DNA from: Auanema rhodensis
Lineage: Eukaryota; Animalia; Nematoda
Reading direction: 5' to 3'
Assembly: GCA_964057225.1 (NCBI GenBank)
Contig: OZ059897.1
Coordinates: 8,928,001 to 8,992,000, forward strand
DNA length: 64,000 bases
A program made the translations under genes and the position numbers. Positions 56,038 to 64,000 of this stretch are shown piece by piece. Below the pieces are notes generated by a model that saw only the letters and a list, made by a program, of their open reading frames with translations, did not search any database and was not told the DNA's origin. Numbering within the stretch: position 1 is the stretch's first letter; each line of letters begins with the position of its first letter.

Positions 56038-57870
56038 ATTATAGTATTTTAATAAAAAATTTTTATATGAGAATATGGATGTGAGATGAACAACGAACAG
56101 TGGTTAGAGTTTCACCTTGCAGTATACCCGGCCAAGAACACAGCATGTTAAATGAGGGACGACCGTCTCTACGCAACAGGAAATCCGAAAACTTCTTTGA
56201 AAAGCTGAACCACCACTGTTGTTCATTGAACTATAAGTATGTGCTAAAATGTCGAGGAAAAAACAGTTTTCCTTAAATCATTAATTGTTTTTTGCTGTAA
56301 CATTATTTTAGTTAATTGTAAATCATAATCTGCTTCGTTTGCGTTATAGATGGTAGAAAAAAAGTTTCTAAGAAAATGTTCCAAAGGGTAATTCCCAATT
56401 GATAATGGAGACGATAAGGAACTAAAGATTGAAAATTATTTTGTCATAGTGTTTTTTCTTGCAAGAATGCTACTTGACGATAGATGAATTGATTTAACAA
56501 CAATTAATGAATAAATGCCAAGTGCCTCCAAAGAAGTTTCATGTTTCAAACAGAAGAACTCAGGTATCATGTCTATTTCGTTAGTAAATTGGGGAGAGGA
56601 AACCGAGAACGAAGCTATTTCGATAGGAGAAATGAGAGAATCACTGAATCATCTTTCTTTTTCATAGGTAAAAGAATGAAGAACCTAAATCAAAGGAAAT
56701 CAAAAAGTGTACACTGCAGACACTATACCCAGTTTAATCGAAGATGTATAATTGAATTTCTTGTTGTAGTTATTAGATGATCAGAAAATCAAATAGATGT
56801 CTTTCTTGAAGATATATAATTCTTTTCAGTAAAAATTGAATTTCACAGTTTTCAAAAAAATTATATCATACTAGTTCAAATGATTATTTATCTTTTTGTC
56901 GTAGACTTTGAAAGATAAGAGTTTATATGTTATTCTTTTGATGCAAGTGATAAGCATATCAGATCATTGTAGCAGCTTCAATTATTCTAAAAAAATGAAA
57001 AATAAGCTCAAAAATTAAAATAAATGGTTTATTAATCAAAGATCAAAATTATCTTTAATAGTTAACAAAAAAACAAGTTTTGTTGTTTGTTATCTTGTTT
57101 GAAATGGAAATTTGGGGATATCCCCCTAGTCTCGGTAATGCGTGTCCAGTTTTTTCGACAAAATTTAAGACAACTGTCGTTGCATCTTGTGCAATCTTGT
57201 TTGATAATTGAGCAACTGAACGAATATTTAAGTTCGAAAAACTGATTAAGCAGACATTAACGCTTATCAAACATATTTATTATTTTTTCTGAATTCTTTT
57301 CATTTCTTCGTCGTTGAAATCTTTCCTTATTCATTAGAGAATGTATTCTTTTTGACCGTTGGCTGAGCGAGTACCACGTGCTCATGTCGTAATTGATACT
57401 CAGAAACGTAAGTTTAGGACATAATTCTTTACAGTTTATATGATGCATCGAAATATCAAAATTAGAGACATTAACGAAAAGACTATATTACTTCAGAGTG
57501 TCTTGCTGAATTTTTCTGACGTTGACAGACATATAACAACAGGACGAAGGACTACATAGAACGATTGAAAGACTCAAAGAGAAAGAGAAAGATAAGAGAA
57601 CGTCGTTGAAATAGACTGGTGATGTCCCGCCCTCGCTCATCTGGCTTGCTAACTTTATAAGAAGACTCGTACTGTCTTAAAATCAAGCCCTCCATTTCTC
57701 TCCTGATAGCTCCATTTAGAGATATATCATTGATTACATTGATTATGTTTCTTAATTTATGTCTTCTTCTTTTTTTCATGTCGATTGGCTCTTCGAAACC
57801 TGATTTATAGAAATTATCCTTCATCATTCAGGTTGGAATCACACACATAAATAAGTTTTGTGTTTCTACC

Positions 57871-60652
57871 ATGAGAACAAGCCCTCCACGTAAAGGCGCT
57901 GCCGTTCGAGCTATCCCTCATCATAACGTAAGCTTTAAGTTTCATTTTTCAATTATACCATTCTAACTCAAGATACAAGAAATTATATTTCATTTCAATA
58001 ATTAACGCTCTGGCAAATAACAATTTCGAACTGATTTAGGATCCTATCGCTAAAACTAAACGTATGGAGCGAAAACGAACTGCAAGTGTCAGTGACGGTC
58101 ACGAGTATAACAAGAAAGTAAGCTATCTAAAATACAATTATTCCTGTTATCTAGTTATTTTTCCAGATTAAGAAGATTCATGACGAGTTTTTTGAAAAGG
58201 CCAAGGAAGTCATAAGTGTTGATGCCTCTCCAAAAAATCACTCCAAACCAGGTGATTACTCTCACTTATTGGAAAAATTGGAATCATCAAATCGTTTTGA
58301 GTATTTTCAATCAAAAATTGGTACCACGTTTTCTATCTTTGATCACAATGTTTCTGATAGCCCAATGAGCCAAGAAATGATTCGATTAGCAATTTGATGC
58401 CTTTCGTATTTCTTTAGCAGCTATGACACTGTCAGTCACATTGGTTGATGTAAACCAGAGACAATCGGGTTCTTTGTATCATGTCACAACCAATAACGGG
58501 ATATTATCATTAAAAGTTTAGAAAAATGAGACATTTGATTTCGCGAACTTAATACTAGTTTCTTTGATTAATATATCTGTTCGATAATATTCAAAGTTCA
58601 AATATTAAAAAAATAAATGTTAACCAATTTTTAAGAACCTGCACACGATGTGCTCTTCGACCCTGATTGTGATCCTGATCATCCAAAAAAAATTACTTTC
58701 TCCGATATTTCGAGTGCAGCTTTCAACATCAAAAATGGAGTTGAACGAACTCCTTGTGCGGTATGATTTAAGTACCAAATATTTAATTTCAATCAATATT
58801 AATTCAGAAGTCATCACAATTATCAACGCTATATGGCATGGATCTCTATTTCAAAAAGGTAGATATCAGAACATCGTTCAAAAAATAAAAAAGTAGAGAC
58901 TAAAAACCGTATGGCGTACGGTGCGAGAGAGTAAATGATCCGGTATAACTTTAATCTACATCAACTGGACGACCTGGTTCCAGTGGCTAGTTTGGCTATG
59001 ATGAGATATTCCCATCGCAGTTTCCTCTGAAACAATAGTGTTGTTCTTAACTTCCTTGGATGTCTGAGCTAATTTTAAATAATTTTGATATACTTCCTTT
59101 TTATAGGAATATTTACAAGTAACGGGATCATTCAAAGAAAGAGGAGCCAGATATGCTATTACAAAATTATCACCTTCTCAGAAATTAACTGGAGTAATTG
59201 CAGCTAGTGCTGGTGAGTGTTGCTTGAGTATCAAAGCTATACAAAATGAATTTATCCAGGCAATCATGCTCTTGCGTTATCTTACCATGGCCAGCAACTT
59301 GGAGTTCCAGTCACAGTAGTAATGCCTGTAGTTGCTCCCCTCATGAAAATTTCTTTATGTCGCTCTTACGGAGCTAATGTAATTCTTAAGGGTGATAACA
59401 TATTAAAAGTTAGCAACTAAATGAAAACTATCTAATATCCTATTTTTAAGGCTAAAGATTTTGCTATGAGACATGCTAAGGAGCACAATATGAAATACAT
59501 TAACGGGTACGATGCTGCAGCAGTTTTGGCCGGCCAAGGAACCATTGGCTTAGAAATATTAGAACAAGTATGTTTTACTCCAATGTATCATTTTTTTAAA
59601 GAAAAAATGTTCTATATAGGTAAATGATGTTGATGCTGTTATTGTACCTGTTGGAGGCGGTGGCCTCATAGCTGGGGTGGCTCTAGCGATCAAAACTCTA
59701 AAACCAGCTGTTCAAATTATTGTAATTAATTTTTGAAAAGAAGATAATCTTTATGTTATGAATGTATAGGGAGTAGAATCGGAAACATGCCCATCGTTCA
59801 CTGAAGCTATGGCTGCTGGGAAGCCTGTGCCTTCTAAAATCAGCAGCAGTTTGGCCGATGGTAAATTATAAAACTGCGAGATAATACAAATATACTACTC
59901 TTCAGGTTTGGCTGTACCAACTGTTGGTGTTAACTCCTTAGTAACTGCAAGTGCTTTTATCGATAAGCTTGTCACGGTCTGTGAGGAATATGTGGCTCTT
60001 AGTATTTTACGGCTACTTGAAATGGATAAAGTAATTTTATGCTATTAGGGAAAATCGAAAACATAGATGTTTCAGGCTGTTGTTGAGGGTGGTGGTGCCG
60101 TTGGCTTAGCTGCAATCATTAGTGGTAAATTACCCGAATTGAAAGGGAAACGGTATAATATAGGAATGTCATCCATTAAGTCTATATGTAATTTTTTTAG
60201 AGTTGTATCTATTTTAACAGGAGGTAATATTGATACAACTGTATTAGGAAGAGCGATTGAAAGAGGATTGGCTGTTGATGGACGTCTCATTCGATTAGAG
60301 GTCGTGGTATCAGATAGACCTGGAGGTTATTTTGGAGTTTCAATATTATAATTATTACTTTGATAACAGGTATTGCTGAATTAGCCACTCGTATCGCTCA
60401 ACTTGGTGCTAGTATCAAGGATATATTCCACGAACGTGCATGGTTAAGTGCTGACGTATTTTCAGTAAAGGTAAATTCTAAGTATTGTGCGAAAAGTATA
60501 TTTTCATTATAGGTGAAAGTGGTTGTTGAAACGAGAGACAAAGATCATGTTAAGGAAATTGAGACAGTTCTTAAAGAAAAATACGATGATGTAAGACATG
60601 TTTTTACGTTCCTCCCATTTACTTGAATTTTTTCCAGGTCCGAATCTCGTAA
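57871..60652 (+). CDS. PLP-dependent serine/threonine dehydratase with C-terminal ACT domain (5' exon usage uncertain)
   Basis: '[25 protein letters not shown]', '[16 protein letters not shown]', 'AASAGNHA', '[10 protein letters not shown]', '[11 protein letters not shown]', 'ILTGGNID', ACT 'SDRPGGIAEL...DIFHERAW'. The conserved part starts at 58636. Confidence 0.9.
58995..59069 (+). ncRNA. SNORD14: U14 (SNORD14) box C/D snoRNA, intronic
   Basis: Box C ATGATGA (58998-59004); domain A CATCGCAGTTTCC (18S-processing element); domain B CTTCCTTGGATGT directly before box D CTGA (59064-59067). Both domains match the recalled U14 signatures. Confidence 0.9.
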
Positions 60653-60959
60653 ACCACAAGAGTATCTTCGTATTCAAATATTTTTAAATAATTAGAACAC
60701 TAATGTTTGTTCATAATAAAAGTAATTGTTCATTAAAATATTTTATTGTTCTTAAAACAAATCTCACAAATTTCAATGAAAAAGCACGACACAAGATAAA
60801 AATGAAATTGATGGGAACGACCGGTTGAACAAATTATCCCTAAATAAATAAGAATTTGCTTTTCTTGACCAATCGTTCACGCATTCACGTGAACGATCTC
60901 ATACGTGACACGTTTACTTCATTATTACCTTAACATCGCTCACACCTGGTCGGTGGATC

Positions 60960-62199
60960 ATGAGCGGAATTGATATTGACAATTTGATGCAACGCCTCTA
61001 CATTGTAGGGGCTGCAGGAGGTCGATTAACAGCTACGGTAGCTTTTTTTTAAATTAAAATATAGTTTAAGCGTACATTAATATAGGTTTCGGAACAAGAG
61101 CTTCAAGCATGTGCTCAAATGGCAAAAGCGGTATTTAAAAGCCAGCCATCTTTAATCGAAATCATTCCTCCTGTTGTTGTTTGTGGAGATATTCACGGAC
61201 AAGTAAGATTCAATGCTCGTTTAAAGTAAATGAACGTATTTTATTTCAGTATTCTGATCTTCTCCGAATTTTTGACAAGAATGGTTTTCCTCCTGATGTT
61301 AATTATATTTTCTTGGGAGATTATGTAGATCGTGGTCGACAAAACATTGAAACCATCGCTCTTATGTTTTGCTTGAAAATCAAGTTAGCTGAAAATTAAA
61401 ACTGCAATCAAACTGTTCATTTTAGATTCCCAGAAAATTTCTTTATGTTACGTGGAAATCACGAATGTCCTGCCATCAATCGAGTATATGGATTCTATGA
61501 AGAGTGTAATCGTCGTTACAGAAGTCCTCGATTATGGAATAGTTTTCAGGTTAGCGATGCACGGACTTAGGCATTCTATGAGAATTACATTATAGGAAAC
61601 ATTCAATTGGATGCCTCTCTGTGGTTTAATTGGTGGAAGAATTCTATGTATGCATGGCGGTCTATCGCCACAATTGCAGAATTTGGATCAGCTGAGAAGT
61701 CTGGAGCGACCTGTAGATCCACCAAATCCATCGATGGGAATTGATCTTTTGTGGGCTGATCCAGATCAATGGGTTAGGGTAAGTCACTTTTTTTTGAAAT
61801 CTTGAATAAATCTAAACCATACTAGGGATGGCAACCTAATACAAGAGGAGTTTCCTACGTATTTGGTCAAGATGTTGTCATGGACATGTGTCAAAAACTG
61901 GATATCGACTTGATTGCTCGTGCTCACCAGGTCTCGAAAATACAGAAATAATTCAAACCTCTTATATTGTTAAGGTTGTCCAAGATGGTTACGAATTCTT
62001 CGCATCAAAGAAAATGGTTACAATATTTTCCGCACCTCACTATTGTGGCCAATTTGACAATTACGCTGCTACAATGACAGTAAGCATTACCAAATTTATG
62101 ATGGTCTATATTAAAACTTTTCAGGTGCACGAGGACCTTGTGTGCAACTTTTTCATCTATAAACCTGTGAACAAAGCTGTGAGAGCTACAACTTCATAA
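60960..62199 (+). CDS. gsp-3: PP1-family Ser/Thr phosphatase, nematode sperm GSP-3/GSP-4 type
   Basis: 'DNLMQRL..VG..GGRLT..VSEQELQ', '[22 protein letters not shown]', '[13 protein letters not shown]', '[23 protein letters not shown]', '[11 protein letters not shown]'. gsp-3 and gsp-4 cannot be distinguished. Confidence 0.92.
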
Positions 62200-62478
62200 T
62201 CAAAATTATGTATCTGAATAAACTGATGAATTCAAAACATTTGTAATTCCTTTTAAAACAAATAAAATAACATCATAGCTCTAAAACCCTTCTACTATGA
62301 TTTACTTCACAAGCTCCGCCTATTTTTCTGCGCTCACCGCTTAGCTATGCACCAACTGCAGATAGCTACTTTTTATAGTGGTTATTTTTCAAATTTTCAT
62401 AAAATGGGCTATTACTTATTTGATAATTATATATATATATATATATAAATTATGTATAAACCAATTCTTTTAAGGTTA

Positions 62479-64000
62479 ATGCTTTCCTTCAATCAAACTT
62501 TAGGATCTGTAATTAAATGTGGAAAAATTCGAGATTTTAGACAGTTTTCAGCTTGGATTAACAAAGCCAAGTAAGTAGAAACTTTTGTATCTCCAAGAGA
62601 CTTGCATTAAGAGCTGATACTGATACTTCAATAACTACAAATATCGATGCAGAAAAACTTTTCATTGATCGAGATGTACAAGCTCTTCTCTCCGACCTCA
62701 CAGGCTTAGACTTAGGAGAAAAGGTTGGCATTGCTTTGATTTTTGTATACTAAATTGATATCTAGGTATTCCGTGAAAGAAGAACAGGATATCAACAGAG
62801 ATCTCATTTTGCTTTAATGACTGAAGAACGTCTTGAAAAGGTATGCACTTTTGAATGTTATATGTGTAATCAATTTGTTTGAAGACTTTAGAGAAAATGC
62901 GTGAAGAAGCTAAGCATTTCTTACAATTTGTACCTTTAAAAGAACCCCGAGATGCCAAAGTTGATATATTGGCTAAAGATTCTGAAATTGAGGGATTTGA
63001 TAAGAGTAAATATGTATTCACAGACATTACTTTCGATGCAACTGATCAGGTATTACATTTATTCTTTTTTTATTGATGTTCTGAATTAGGATCGTACCGT
63101 TGTCGTTCGAGAAGTTGACGGAGTATTACGAACAGCTACACCAGCAGAGCATGATAGAATGAATAGAACTTATTATGAGAAGAGTAATCGTCCCGTTTTC
63201 ACACCTCCTGTGTTTGAGGATCCAAATTTACAGGTTTTCTTTGTTAATAAATCTTAGTTTATATCTCATTTTAGAATGCTTTGAACCGAGATGATCATGA
63301 ATTCGTCCTTGATTGGGCTTGCTGGTTTTATGAACCTGATGATCCAACTTACGTTAGAGTAAGTATTAATGGTTATTGATTTTTCTTAACATTTTATTCA
63401 GCTTTGTCAAGATGTTTTTGATAGAATAGTTGAAACACAGAAGTTTGATGTTCTTCACTCCACAAGGCACTTCGGATCTTTTGTGTTTTATTTGGCTCTG
63501 AATGGAAATATTCCACCTCTTCTTAACCATCTAGGAGGAAAAGGAAGGTTAGAATTTTTTTAAAATAGAAATCGGAACTATTTTGTGATATTAGATTGAG
63601 AGATTGTGCCAATTTGATCCGTCTTCAAAAAACATTACATCCAAATTGGAGAGTTATTATAACCAGCAGCGATTCAGATGAAAAAATTGTGAGAGACTAT
63701 TTGAAAGAGGTTTGATTTTCACTAAATGTTTTTTATTTTTCAACTTTCTTCAGAACAACCGTCATCGTGATCAGTTAAAAGACTTATCTGCTTTCTTGAA
63801 AGATGGCACGGTAAAGGCTGAGAAAAAACCCAAAAAAACAAATTTACACAAGAAGTCAAATCCTAAACAGGCATATATTTTTTCTCTCTGTTTCTTAGCT
63901 ATAATTATATTTAAAGGTATCTGTTAATGCTTCCAATGTTAATTCTACCGATGGACCACTAGGAGAGATGAGCGAGGAATATAAAGTGAAAGTATGTTTC
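62479..64000 (+). CDS. mrps-22: Mitochondrial ribosomal protein S22 (truncated by window end)
   Basis: 'FIDRDVQALLSDLTGLDL', 'LAKDSEIEGFDKSKYVFTDITF', 'VVVREVDGVLRTAT..EHDRMN', 'FEPDDP'-like 'YEPDDP', 'LHSTRHFG'. Confidence 0.92.

Noticed and set aside
57055-57827. Minus-strand ORFs including MMKDNFYKSGF...
   Set aside because: The start is only about 43 bp from the divergent ATG at 57871, donors are weak and there is no homology. Unsupported, though not excluded.

Overview
This is eukaryotic, AT-rich, gene-dense DNA with very short (about 40-55 nt) GT-AG introns, TTTCAG/TTTTAG acceptors and operon-like gene spacing. It is rhabditid nematode DNA; the species cannot be determined from the sequence. 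Because genes are intron-split, the ORF track shows only exon fragments, so genes were reassembled by hand. Protein-coding genes in order: 3' part of a prominin-like gene (+), a small secreted coiled-coil protein (+), a large Ski/Sno (DAF-5-like) gene (-) with long introns and a ~6 kb gene-free upstream region, pkc-3, prdx-2, ALG2, DERA and xrn-1 (all -; the last three spaced like an SL2 operon), two tandem sigma/nu-class GSTs (+), a secreted nematode-type protein (-), a bestrophin (-), hyccin/FAM126 (+), a claudin-like gene (-), a Ser/Thr dehydratase (+), a GSP-3/4-type PP1 (+) and mrps-22 (+, truncated). RNA genes: a lone 5S rRNA followed 114 bp later by U5 snRNA, and a U14 box C/D snoRNA in a dehydratase intron. 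Repeats: two related TA-flanked MITEs, a ~420 bp TIR element and a ~260 bp (GA)n tract. The most unusual signals are: (1) a diverged but protein-conserved duplicate of a bestrophin exon that has no ordinary acceptor and whose donor is locked in a 12-bp RNA stem; (2) 5S linked to U5 rather than SL1; (3) an exact bipartite 11+11 nt motif repeated 5.4 kb apart at the Ski locus; (4) GC-AG donors and a possible cassette/poison exon in hyccin. Coordinates were counted by hand and may be off by a few bases.
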